From Lama glama (taxonomy: Eukaryota), in assembly GCA_028534125.1 (NCBI GenBank), contig CM052817.1:53818001-53882000 (forward strand): a stretch of DNA of 64,000 nt, written 5' to 3'. Each line of letters opens with the position of its first letter. Positions within the stretch are counted from its first letter, which is position 1. Shown piece after piece: positions 38,711 to 50,620 of this stretch. Below the pieces are notes generated by a model that searched no databases, was not told where the DNA came from, and saw only the letters and a program-made list of their open reading frames with translations. The position numbers and the translations under genes were made by a program.

Positions 38711-39859
38711 AAAGTATAAGCTTGTGAACAATTGAAAAATACAGAAGTATATAAATTAAAACTGGGAAGTCTATTTATGGAATGACATCGATATTATCCC
38801 AAAATAATCTCTTTGATAGTTAGCTGTGAACCTCTGCAGACTTGAAAATATTTACACCTACGCAAATAAATGTGATCACTATAATAATGATATCTGTTTG
38901 ATTTTGCTTGCTTTTTTTTTTTTACTTGATACTATATTATACTCATCTTTCTAAGTCAATATAAGGTCTATCTCATTCTTTCTGTGACTAAAGAGTATTC
39001 CACTATTTGGTGTAGCATTTTATTAAACCAGTTTTCTAGTGATGAAATTCAGTTGTTTTGTTGATATAAACCATGACACAAGTCTACCTTGTGATCATCT
39101 CTACATGTCTGTTCTTTTCAGTGGTGGAACGCTGCCACATTGTGCCACAGCTACTCCAAAGTCCTACTGTAGGCAAAGAGAACACCACTGTTTTGTGATT
39201 GTATGACAAGAGTTACAAAGAAACATTATACAAATGTGGATGTGAGTACAAATAGTCTTTTCTGGCAGAATATTTAAAAGGCTGATAACAGAAGTTGCTT
39301 TGAGGAAGGCAGATTTGAATGACTGGGACAGAGGCAGGGGAGAGGCAGGGTAGCTTGCACCACACAACTCCAAGGGGTCACAATGTCAGTGACACAACCA
39401 GGCATTAGCAATGCAGTGGCCCCGTTAGGAGAACACATATTTATTATTCTACTTTTTGAATTTTAAACCATGTGCCTATATTAGCTATTCAAAAAATTAC
39501 TTAACGAGAAGAAAATGTCATCAGAAAATAATTTGAAATAACCTTTTTTTCTTTTAACTAAAATGATTGCCTTCAGACTATAATAAAACAATCAAAATAG
39601 TATTTTAATTTCTATTTAGTTTAAAAATAACCACAGGTATTGCCATGAATCTATGGTAGGTTATTACGTCAAAACTAGATGAAAATATCAATACATATAT
39701 TAAATTAGAAAAAAGTATTTTTGGTTGCATCTAAGAATATTAATTGTCCAATAATTCTCTTCTTTTAGATGTAGAATCGTTGATCACTATGCCCACCTGC
39801 AAAGCTATACCTATTAATAAAGCACTGAGCTATCCAAAACTGAGTAGCTCAAAGGATAT

Positions 39860-40190
39860 GGTCAGAAGTATGGGATATGGTCAGCTGTAGTTGGGTAAGA
39901 CTTTCAGGAAGTTCTAACAGAGATGAACATTTTAGTTACTTGCCTTTCTTCCTTCTATGTAAAGATTAGCATAAAGTGACGATTCGAACCAAAATAACTC
40001 TCTTGTCATTTTGAAAGCCCATGTGCTAAAGATAATAGAGCAGAAAAACATATGAAGCTTTCGTCTCTGATTTGGAGTTTTCATGATAACCCTGGACTGC
40101 CTCCTCCATATTTCCTTTTTATTTTTGAAAATAAAGCCTTGGTTTAAGTTACCATAGTTAAGTTTCTGTTACTACCAGATGAACAAAATT
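39860..40190 (+). mobile_element. Degenerate MaLR LTR (MLT1-like)
   Basis: agagcagaaa...ccctggactgcctcctcc...aaataaagccttggtttaagttac...tttctgttact. Confidence 0.45.
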
Positions 40191-41979
40191 TATACATTAG
40201 ATAAGGGAAAATATCAAAATTATAACTCTGTTGGGAACAGTATTAAAAATCATTTGTTTGGTTCCAGGCCATCAGGCAACTACTTGACTGCAAATTATAT
40301 CTTCAAACTTCCATTTCTTTTCTGACCTGTACCAGAAAAGCTAATGATAGTTCCAGAAAGTAGGATCTTAAATCTTAAATCTGTAATGCTATTTTAAATA
40401 TATTTTTTTCTTCTGGTTAGCTATGTGATTATATCGCCATTAAAGAAATAGCAAAGTAAATTGATGTGTATTCTCTTATGTTTGCATAGAAATAATATCT
40501 ATTTATATTCTATGTACTGAAAATTTTCTGAAGGTAAACTCATGTTCAGAAAGCAACAGTGTGTTAGAATGGACTTAAACAATTTTACAATTAAGTGATA
40601 ATCTAGGCCTTGATCAAGAAGCTGTAAGAGAGAAAGAATAAAACTTGGTGAAAAGAACTGAGAAAATAGTTTTGTGTTAGATAAAAACATTTTATCTAAA
40701 AACAGAATGGCTTTTTTTATACCCTTATTAGAATTACTTCTTGAAGGACTTACAAAAACCATGTATATACAAACAGGAGCTGGAACATTTGCTTATTTAT
40801 AGGAAATGTGCAAAATAGAAGAGTCAGAAATGACTTTGTAAAGCGGTCATCTCTGCCTGACCTGGCACATCAGTCATGGGAATTTTGAGATTCCCAGAAT
40901 GATGTTCTTTGCACGTCAAGCAGGATCTCCATCATCAACATCTGTTACTGTCCTTCAGAGGTTTTTAAATCATTAAATTTATGAACTGACCTGTCCAAGC
41001 TCTTAAATAATAACCTGTATAATTTACTCTGCTTACATTACATATGATTTTTACTGTCTTTTGATTCAACAATTGCTTTACAAGAGCATTTAATGACTAC
41101 AACTTAGAAAAAAGAATTTTTGTGTCTTCTTTATCTAAGAAAACTACTCTGCTTTGTAGATGGAAGTCACTTTCTTTGATCTCAATGTCTTTTAACAATA
41201 GGTTCAGGGCACCAGAAACATGCAGGGTGCAGATTTATATTTTCTCTCTTACTGACACAAATCAAGTGCAGATTTATCAAGCTGTGAAATATATTAAGTT
41301 CACAGGGTTTTAACAAAGGGTTACCAAACCTCAAGAACCTGGTGTGATTTAAACTACTTTCAGATGTCCTTTTAATTATATTAAATGAAAGTTTCGGTTG
41401 GCTTTGATGCTTATGGGCAAACATCGAAATCTCTTGAAAGAGCTGCTAAAAGTACTCCCTGTTGCTGTAGTTAATATACTACATTGTATGCACACCACTA
41501 GCCAATTTATTCTAGCCACTTTAACAAGGATATCCAGCCTGACAGGCCACACAGAATAGTATCACAAGTCAAGCAAAGCACAAATCATTAGAGGACTCGG
41601 AAAGTTGTTTGACATGCACCACGGAGCTCTTTGTCATACAGCCAATTAAGTGACCAAACAAGGAACTTGAAAATACTCATTAATTTCTTCCTAGCAGTAT
41701 AAATGTAGGTTAGAATCTCTCTTGTCTCATGCACCAAAGGCACACAAGTAAAACTGGCATAATTCAATTTGCACTTTGTCAAAGCTGCAAGTAGTAAATA
41801 TGGCACACAGAAAGTCCGCATTAAAGACAAAAAAGTGGAAGCAATAGGTGAAAATGTTTACATAGTACATATAATAATACAGATATCCAGGCTCTGGAAT
41901 GATAAAAAGAAGTCAAAAGTTGGCATTATTTTTCCTCTTGAAAAGCTTTATCAGTATTTCTGAGCAGATTCAGCAGCAC

Positions 41980-43142
41980 TTGACGTCACTTCCTCCTCCG
42001 CGAAAGAAGAACTTGAGTTGAGTCCTGGATGCCATACTCTTTAGGTCCTCCTTTCTTAAGGCTGCTCTGTAGTCTCTACTGTTGGCTCTCCTTCCTCTCC
42101 CTGACCTCATGAGACTACAGTGTCCTGGGGTCAGCCCTAGACTCTCCTCTCTCTCCACACTCATTCCCTTGATGAACTCATCTAGTACAATGACTACTAA
42201 ACGCCACTCTAAGGGAAACATTACCACATATTTATTTCTAGTTTGACCTCTAAGCTGAATTTCAACTAACTACATCTAGCTATATATTTAACATTGATAT
42301 TGTATATCTAATAAGAAACTCAAACTTCACATGCCCCAAGCCAAGTTCTTGTTGTGCTCCCTCCCCAACTGGTCACAGATAGACCATCTCAGTAAATGGT
42401 GGCATCATCCTTCCAGTTGCTCAGGCAAAAACACTCTGTGTTGTTTCAAGTCCTCTCTTTCTCTGACACTTCACATGCAAACCCTTAGCAAATCTTGTTT
42501 GTTCCATTAAAAATAGTCCTGAACCTGAAGAATTATCTCAGTATCCTGTGCTCATATCTTGTTCCAAGTGACCATTATTGCCCAAATCATCACCCTGTTT
42601 CAGCTCTTGCTTTTCCTGCTATAATCTGTTCATCACTTTAAAACCATATCAGATCGTGTCATCCCTCTGCTCAGAAACCTGCAGTGCTTTCCTGTGTGGC
42701 TATGAATAAAAGCCAAAGTCTTTACAATGGTCTGTCAGATCTGGGTCCTTGCTGCCCAGTGGATTCATTTCCTATTGCCCTCTTCTCTTTCATTCTGCTC
42801 CAGGTGCACTGGCTTCCTGGACAACAAAGGCATATTTCCACCTCAGAAACTTTCTGTTTTCTCTGCTGGAATGCTTTTCCCTGCTATCTGCACAGTACAC
42901 TCCTTCAGAGTTTTTCTTAAATATCACCCCAGTAATGCATTTCTTGCTTTATTTTTCTCCATAACATTTATCATCATCTCACACACCACATATCTCACAC
43001 ACTTATGGGACTGTTTTTTTTCTGCTGCAAGAAATTTCACCCTAGGAGAGACAGTGGGGATTCTGGCCTGTTATGTACACTGCTGTATTCCCAGTACTGA
43101 TAAGATTACTGGACACGTGTGCTCAACTAGTAATTTTTGAAT
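41980..43142 (+). mobile_element. L2 3' fragment
   Basis: ctcttctctctcc-like start, ctcaaacttcacatg, catctcagtaaatggtggcatcatccttccagttgctcaggc, cagatcgtgtcatccctctgctca, cactgctgtattcccag. Confidence 0.8.
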
Positions 43143-44029
43143 ATTTTTGTTGTTAACTATTATGTGATTTTTTTCTAGTTGAAGACAGAGATTGCTTTTA
43201 CACTGATGGTACCTAGGAAATAGATTTCTAGTGGATAATTAAGGTAACACAAGCAAACAAAATAAGTAAGTAAAATAAAACAAGCAAAATATAACTCCAA
43301 ATTGAAATAAAAAAAGGGCTTGTTTCAAATACTTCATAAGCTTTAAAGAACAACAGAACAGTTGCCTTTAAATAAAAAGAAAAGAAAAATGGAAAGATGG
43401 GAAGAGGGAGGAAACCAGGCATGTGTGTATATGTGTGTATTTTTTAAAAATTAGCATCTATTTACAAATTTTTTCTGATCAGTCTTCAACTGACTATGCA
43501 GAAAATAGCTTACTATTCCACAAAAATTCAAAGAATGACTGAAAAGATTCATATCAATAACTCTATGTACTTATATTTCTCATTAAGCAAGATCAACTGC
43601 AGACTCTTAGGGAGTCCATGCCATCTCTGAGATTTGGAGAACAAAAGGAACTGCTCATTAAATCAAAATATATTTCTTAACTGGGAAAATGTCCTACTTT
43701 TACAGCAGAAAAAAAAAAGAATGCCAGTAATTTCAATAGTTCCTGCTAAAGAAGAGAACAATGCTAACAAACATTACTATTTAAAAAATGGGAACTTGAG
43801 ATTGAAAAATGAGCAGAAAATGCAAAGCTAAGTTCTGGTTACATTTACGGAACATGAAGACAGTTGTTCTTAAGCTGTTTGAGGTCCTACTCTACTCTCA
43901 GGTTCTCATGAAAACCACAGACTTCCCTTTGGAGCCTATGAGTTTTACTGGTTCATGGATTATCCTCCCAAATCCTCCCCTGCCCCCATACCACAACCAG
44001 AGTCAAGGACTTGTGCAACTCACAGGTGC

Positions 44030-44170
44030 GGTTACACTCAAAAAGCGAAAATAGCAAGTGCTGCTGTAGATGTGGAGAAACTAGAGCCCTCATTATCAAG
44101 GGTGGAAATGTAAGATGGTGTGGCCACTTTGGAAAACAGTTCGACAGTTCCTCCTTTAACACAGAGTTAG
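44030..44170 (+). mobile_element. Old L1 ORF2-end fragment
   Basis: aatagcaagtgctg...gatgtggagaaactagag...ggtggaaatgtaagatggtgtggccactttggaaaacagtt. Confidence 0.65.
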
Positions 44171-44464
44171 AGTATTTTCTATTTTCTTTTTTTCTCAATA
44201 TGATTTTTTTTAATCACAGTCTTCTCTGAAAACCAAAGGACCTCAATGCAAAGTATGTTTGTATTTGACCTGAATATAGCAGTGCAAAATAATCACCACA
44301 CAGCCATTTGAACTCCATCTCAAAAAAAGAGAAATTAAAAAAATTGTTTTACTCTATGCCATTCCTGAAATACAGTACAATAAATCAATAAAAATAGACC
44401 AAATGATGTATCTTGATTGCTAACGTCAAATAATGAGGTCAGCTCTGCTATCGCAGTATTTTGG

Positions 44465-44705
44465 CGAACGGGAGCACGAGCTCCTGAATTGGGAAGACCT
44501 AGTAACTGAGGAGCCCCTCGATTACTACTATATGAATAACTCTGAGAAAGTCATTTAATCCTTCCTGTGCCCCATTTTCTCTACTATAACTTAAGAATAG
44601 CATTAGTTATGTCACCGAGTTGTTATGAGGATTTATACAGAATGCTCTGCACAGTGATGGCAACAGTGCCTAATACATGTACTTATTCCTAATAATAAAT
44701 CAGTG
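44465..44705 (+). mobile_element. MIR SINE
   Basis: aagtcatttaatccttcctgtgccccattttctc...gttgttatgaggattta...aacagtgcctaatacat. Confidence 0.65.
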
Positions 44706-46249
44706 TTATTCTTAGTCATGGTATTGAAGAAGCATTGGATGTACATTAGGATAGCAGCATGAGTGCCATCGGTGCTAGTTATGTGACCTTGAGCAACTCA
44801 TTTCATTTTTCCAGATCTCAACGAACTCATCTTCATCTCCAACGTCCCTGCTGGAAATATTCCATCATAATAGTTACATAATATGGGTATGTAACACAAA
44901 CCTTATGTTCTCTGGCACAAAACTTAAAACCTTCTTCTAAATGAAGGTATATATTATGCCCAAGATATGATCATGATATTTTTACCAAGGCATATGTCAA
45001 TTTCTACCTTTTAATAGTCAACAAGGATTTTAGTGTAAAAATTTAAAACTAAATAAAGAAAAATGAAATATACGGACCCTTTTTTTTTGTTTGTTTTTGT
45101 TAAAATTCTTGAGACAAAAGCATACTTTTAGGAGATTCACGTATTATTTAAATAATCAAAGCAACTATCTTAATTGTTCACCTACAGATCAATTATCACA
45201 GCTGACTACTGACAGTCCAGATCTCACTGTTGTTTTTTTTGTTTGTTTGTTTTTTGGGTTGTTTTTGGTGAAATAAGCAAAAGGTGGGAAGCAAGAAGTA
45301 AAAAATGGATCTAGGTAATTCATAAGACAGACACTGTACTTTTAAATAATTAAAAGCTAATGTATTTAGATGGTCAAAATCAAACATAAGAAAATCATTG
45401 CTTATACCCATGGGAAGGAAATTTTTTGTTTAAGAATTTCATGATAACTAAATAATTATCTTGTTTCAAATTTAATGCAGATAGCATTTCAAGTGTATTT
45501 CATACCTATTTCATAGGTAACTCAAAATGTGCTCTGAACATAGTAATAATAGGGAACATAAGTCTTCAAAACTGAAATAGACTAAATTTTAAGGCATTAT
45601 TCACTCTAAAATTTCATAGAATAATGCTCTACATTAAAAGGAACAGAAATAATGTCATATTAGTGAGCAGAGTATTTCTGCTTCACCAATGTTCTGTTTG
45701 TATTTGGTCTTATCAGATGTTTAGTCAATAGCTGAAATATTTATTCATAGCCAGTCAATTATAACACCAGGAAATCAGCCATTGAATAAACTGTGGTATT
45801 AATTTCTCATCAGAGATTCATGTTTGAATGACCATGCATTTCATAGATTTAAATACTGAAAGGCTAATTATCTCCAAGGCTCCATTCAAGAGATAGCATA
45901 GATCGTAATCAAAAGCAACCCTAATATTGCTCAAAATGATCCTCAGCTTTTAATGCTGGAGAATACTTCAATTTGTATATCTGTTACACACATTATGCAA
46001 CATATATACATAAACTTCCCAAAGCAATTTCTTTCCTGAAATCTTAGAAAAATAAGCCTGAACAGCTTCTTATATACAAAGAACCATTATCTTTTAAAGT
46101 AAAAAGCAAACTAAAAGCTTTTCTTCCTAATATTTGTTTATTGTTCAAATTTTTTTTCCTCTTAAATGACTGTCTCAATAAATGCCCTTATTGTGAATAA
46201 ACTGATACAGTTTAATTTCTGGACTACTAATCTGGGAACCAGGAACCTG

Positions 46250-46745
46250 GGATGTTGAGGGCATCTCCCTTCACAAACACAGTTGGCCTTCACCTTTAAA
46301 AATGCCACGATATACACACAGAGGGAATGAAGTTTACAGTCACACGGTTTCATATTATTTCTTCCTTCTGATAAAGTTAATTTGTATATTGGGACCCACA
46401 CAAATGGAGGCCACTCCAGTGGCCTGACCCACATCACACATCTAAACCGGCGCGTCCGGGAAGTGCCTGTCGTGGGAACCTAACACACCAATCACAATCC
46501 TCCAACTCAGTTTAGGTAGCTCACCTTACCCTAGAACACAGGACCTGTCCGCCTTCTAAGGAAATCCCCAACCTCCTAACCAAGTGTGCCCTGCTTCCAA
46601 GCTGTGTCTATAAAACTCACTCTTGCCCAACATCCCTCAGGAAGAGTGCTCCACTGATGGTGAGGCACTGTACTCCCCCAGTCCATGGATGGTTTTCCCT
46701 TGAGTAAAGCACATCAAAGTCATTACTAAATCATTTTGTCATCTG
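46250..46745 (+). mobile_element. Probable ERV solo LTR (family not identified)
   Basis: GC-richer block with CCAAT (46488), TATAAAA (46609) and AGTAAA (46703) in LTR order; boundaries uncertain. Confidence 0.55.
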
Positions 46746-47431
46746 TCCCTTCCTTTTTTCCTGTCCTCTCCTCCCTCCTCTCCCTTCCTACCTTCTTTTC
46801 CTTCTTGTAAAAAAAATTATGAAGCTTGCTTCTGGGATTCTTTTTCACAAAGAACCCATAAACATAGAAGTGTTTTCTACCTTGCTTAGAAACAAACTAC
46901 ATGTTAACTGGAGAAAAGTTATATTTACATTGGGATTCATGTATTTATAATGAGTGGAAGAGAAAGATCATCATAGCATGTCCTGATCAATTTGACAGAA
47001 GCATGATATTTCAAGTACTCTGGACTATATGTTGTCTTATATGACTCTGATTGAGTGTCATTTCTGGATGATGTACTATTCAAATATTAGCTAGACCAAT
47101 ATATGAATGAAATGTATCCACACCCATCTCTCTGAAGAAATTAGAGATTTATATATTATACCCAACTCACCTTTCAGTGATGACCAGAATTCTTACACCC
47201 CAAGGTGTACCTCCTTGTTAATCTGTGTTCCTTTTGGGTGACAGAACACTGGCACTGTCAAATTTCTTTTTAGCACACACCCTTTCATATGTCTTTCCAT
47301 CCCCACCCTCTGTGCCCTCCCTGAAACTCTTCTAGTTCAACAGGGTACATTGTCATCTCTCTATCAGATGCCCGTATCACCAACAGAGACAATTCAACAA
47401 CTTATCACATTGATAAAAACGCAGAAAGTAC

Positions 47432-47470
47432 CTGGACATAGGCTCTGCAAGAGCGCTCTCTTTTCTGAAG
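47432..47470 (-). CDS. ADGRL3: ADGRL3 39-nt cassette exon (LQKRERSCRAYVQ) in GAIN
   Basis: ggattcag|CTT CAG AAA AGA GAG CGC TCT TGC AGA GCC TAT GTC CAG|gtactt; phase 0/0; matches the 13-aa alternatively spliced latrophilin-3 insert as I recall it. Confidence 0.95.
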
Positions 47471-47516
47471 CTGAATCCATTAAGACAGCAGATTAAACAC
47501 AGAATAGAAAAAACAA

Positions 47517-47523
47517 GTTAGTG
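47517..47523 (-). promoter_or_regulatory. Consensus branch point / QKI-type motif CACTAAC upstream of the 39-nt exon
   Basis: Minus strand reads ctgtCACTAACttgttttttctattctgtg, about 47 nt upstream of the acceptor. Confidence 0.65.
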
Positions 47524-47573
47524 ACAGGAGAAAACAAGAAAAATAAAAGAACACATCTACACAAACACCTTAC

Positions 47574-47591
47574 TTTGTTGTGCACTACTTT
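47574..47591 (-). CDS. Candidate 18-nt in-frame microexon of ADGRL3 (KVVHNK)
   Basis: cctttcattctcttctag|AAA GTA GTG CAC AAC AAA|gtaagg; phase 0/0 like its neighbours; upstream ctgac branch point and tgctgctgc; predicted from splice signals only. Confidence 0.45.
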
Positions 47592-50434
47592 CTAGAAGAG
47601 AATGAAAGGCTAAGCAGCAGCAAAACGTCAGCAACGGCTCGAAAAATAGTAACCAACGCCTGTTTAGAACCCAAGTGACAACTGGATGGTACAAAGCTGT
47701 TAATGATGGAACGAAATCTTGAAATAAATTTAGCAGAAATTAGTAGAAATCAATGTACTTCATTCATTTGACATGATTCATTTCATATGAGGTTAGTTAT
47801 TAATTCATGGGCCACAAATGAAGACGTATGAAGTAAATTATGTCAAAAATTCAGAACTTGCTTTTCAAAGATAGTACACTGTCTGTGGTTTACAGATTAT
47901 ATACATGCTTAATATGAACCACAAACCGTTTGTGGAAAAACTTCTGTGCATTGAGAAAAACAGAAATGCCCACTAGTTTGACTATTTGATTCAAAGGACA
48001 AATACCAAGAAATAAGCAAATTCTGATTCAAAGAATGTGATCAATCTTCTGATTTATCTGTTTTATTTCTTGAAGAATTTCTTTTGATGGTTTTAACCAA
48101 AAAAATTTATACTTTTTAGAAATTTTTGTGGGATAAAAAGCCTGTTTTGGTGTGTTTGTTTGCAAACAGAACAATGTTTTTCAGGGCAAAAGGTTAACAG
48201 CAACTCACATTCAGTCCCAAACATTTTTTTTCTAGTGATTAAAATGAATAATTCACATGTATTTGCTCTGTTTAAATAAATGACTGCAAATTTTATAAAT
48301 TAGATTGTAGTTTTCCCCCTCTTCCCTATTTTTTGCCTTCAGTAGCCTTGATTGTTGAAGGAGAAAATTACCCTGTTTTAAGAAGCAGTTACTCTGATGC
48401 CTTTTGTGTGGCTAATACTCTCCCAACTTTAATTCATGCATTCTTCAATGAGCATAGAGCAGTTACTCCTCTAAAGAATTAAGTGAGGAATGAGTGCAAG
48501 TAAATTGCCAGCTCTGTCATTTGGATCACTGACTCGCATCATGGTTTGGCAGGTCTCTAAACCCTCCAGAATTTCAATGTGGAGCGCAATTGATTTGTAC
48601 CAAGTTGACTTTGCAAATCTGATGGGCTATAACTGCTTTTGGGAACAGTGTGAACCACAGGAAATGAGAACAAACCAGCAAGCATGTGAATAACCTTTGC
48701 CCTCCCATCTCCTTACCCCATCATGCAAATTAACATATGACAAACCACATTACATAAACGATTGAAAAGAGCCAAATAAGAAACAAAAGAGAGCATTAAA
48801 AAGCTTCAAAAATGGAAATTTGCCCATTACTTAGTTATTTGATATTCAGAGTAGGCAAGCTGATTAGCTGTAGCCAGTTAGAATGTGACATTAATCGCCA
48901 GCTTTACCTGATATTGTCAGACATCAACACCATCATCAACACCATTTTTAAATAAAGATACACAGTATTGCTATACCAAGTAATGTTATGGATATGTAAC
49001 ATTATAGAAATTACTACTTCCAATACATTGTAATAACAATAGCTGGCAGCAATATTCATTAATAGCATCCAGTCAGCCTGGCAATACCACATTAAAATCA
49101 CAGCATGCCCAGATTACATAGGCAGCTGTGGATTATATTCTGTCAGGGGTTTGGTTGAGATTCTATCAGTGATATGAGTGATAAAAATAACTCCTTTATG
49201 CTCAGCAGGAAAAAAGCTTTAGTAATAATTTATATCTAATTGATAAAACTGAATCTATTTTTTTGAGGAGGAAATTGCAGGAAAAACTGCCAGATAAAAT
49301 ACGTAGCTTTTTAATATAAAACTATCATTGTTTTAATAATGTCTCCATCTTCATGAGTGAGACTTTTAGTCTAATAAGACAGAAAAGAAATAAACATAAT
49401 AAAGACCACTCTGCAAAATTATTTCTTTCATTCTAAAGAGGAATGTTCATTTAGTGAATTCCACACATTAGTCTGTCACAGTCAAATTCTTCCTTTTTTA
49501 AGTAGTTAGACTATCATCGATATTCAAGGTATTAAATATTGAAACTTAAAATCTCGTTTCAATAACAGATCATCTTGACTACAAAAATGCCATTCAGGGA
49601 ATACATGTTATCTGATGGCAGCAATTCTAATATCTTTTCACCACGTGGTATTTTGTTACATAAATAAATGATATTCCTTATAAATATACAAAACATATTT
49701 TACATGCTTATGTAAAATAAAATGGTTGTATGTATATAGGTTATATAGAATATACATATAAAATGCTTATATATGAGTATATAGTGTATAAAAATATATA
49801 TTGCAGATTTTTAAATATAAATAAAATACATAAAATCTAAAATTTTAAAAATAAATTATTTTTATTACTTACAATACAAAGTTGCTGAATCACATTTAGA
49901 CCTTTTAAGTTATAATGGTAGTAATATAAAATCAGTAATTTAAAAAGCAAAAGGAAATAAAAGTAAAAACTTAAATACTTGCTCTGTGAGATTTTAAAGG
50001 TAATATTAATAAGGTTAAATTATTTTTAAAAATCTATAATGTATTATTAATATCCTTACTCACTGTTGCCATTTTCTAAATTTCTTATTGATTAGTTATT
50101 TGTTTTATTGTTGATTACATTAATATAAAGGTTTGAAAGAAAAAAAAGAAATCAAGGAAGTGCCATTTATATTAATCGTGTCAGAATTTAGCATACAAAA
50201 GAGGAGTACTATGGGGAAACAGAATTGTAAATTCAAAATATATAGAGAGAGGTTATCATCTACTGTTCTTTAGATTGAAAGCCAAGTAAGGTCATTATTA
50301 TAATGAAATAGTGAAGTGAACTAAATATAGCTAGCAATTCTCTTGAACGATCTGATCTTATAGAGAGAAATTAAAAAGGGAAGTCTCACTGATTTTACTA
50401 CACTTTTAAAGATACATGTCACCAAGGTCCTTAC

Positions 50435-50620
50435 CTTGTTCAAACTTCGTGCAGCACTATCTTTTCCACCTGGGGTCAAGTTCCGCAGTTGTACATCTAG
50501 GAGGCCTACTAGCTGGTCCATGGCACGGACGGAATAAGTGATGTCTCCAGCATTCAAATGATTTCTTGTCTGTTCGGCCAGCTCTCTAGCAATGTTGGCA
50601 GCTGTCTCTCCAGATTTCAG
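50435..50620 (-). CDS. ADGRL3: ADGRL3 exon (186 nt): GAIN domain start
   Basis: ttgtag|CTG AAA TCT GGA... encodes LKSGETAANIARELAEQTRNHLNAGDITYSVRAMDQLVGLLDVQLRNLTPGGKDSAARSLNK|gtaagg; phase 0/0. Confidence 0.97.

Noticed and set aside
42684..43140. Overlapping ORFs in L2 (also 16347-16718 and 54728-55602)
   Set aside because: Chance open frames in decayed L2 or intronic sequence with no recognisable protein motifs.
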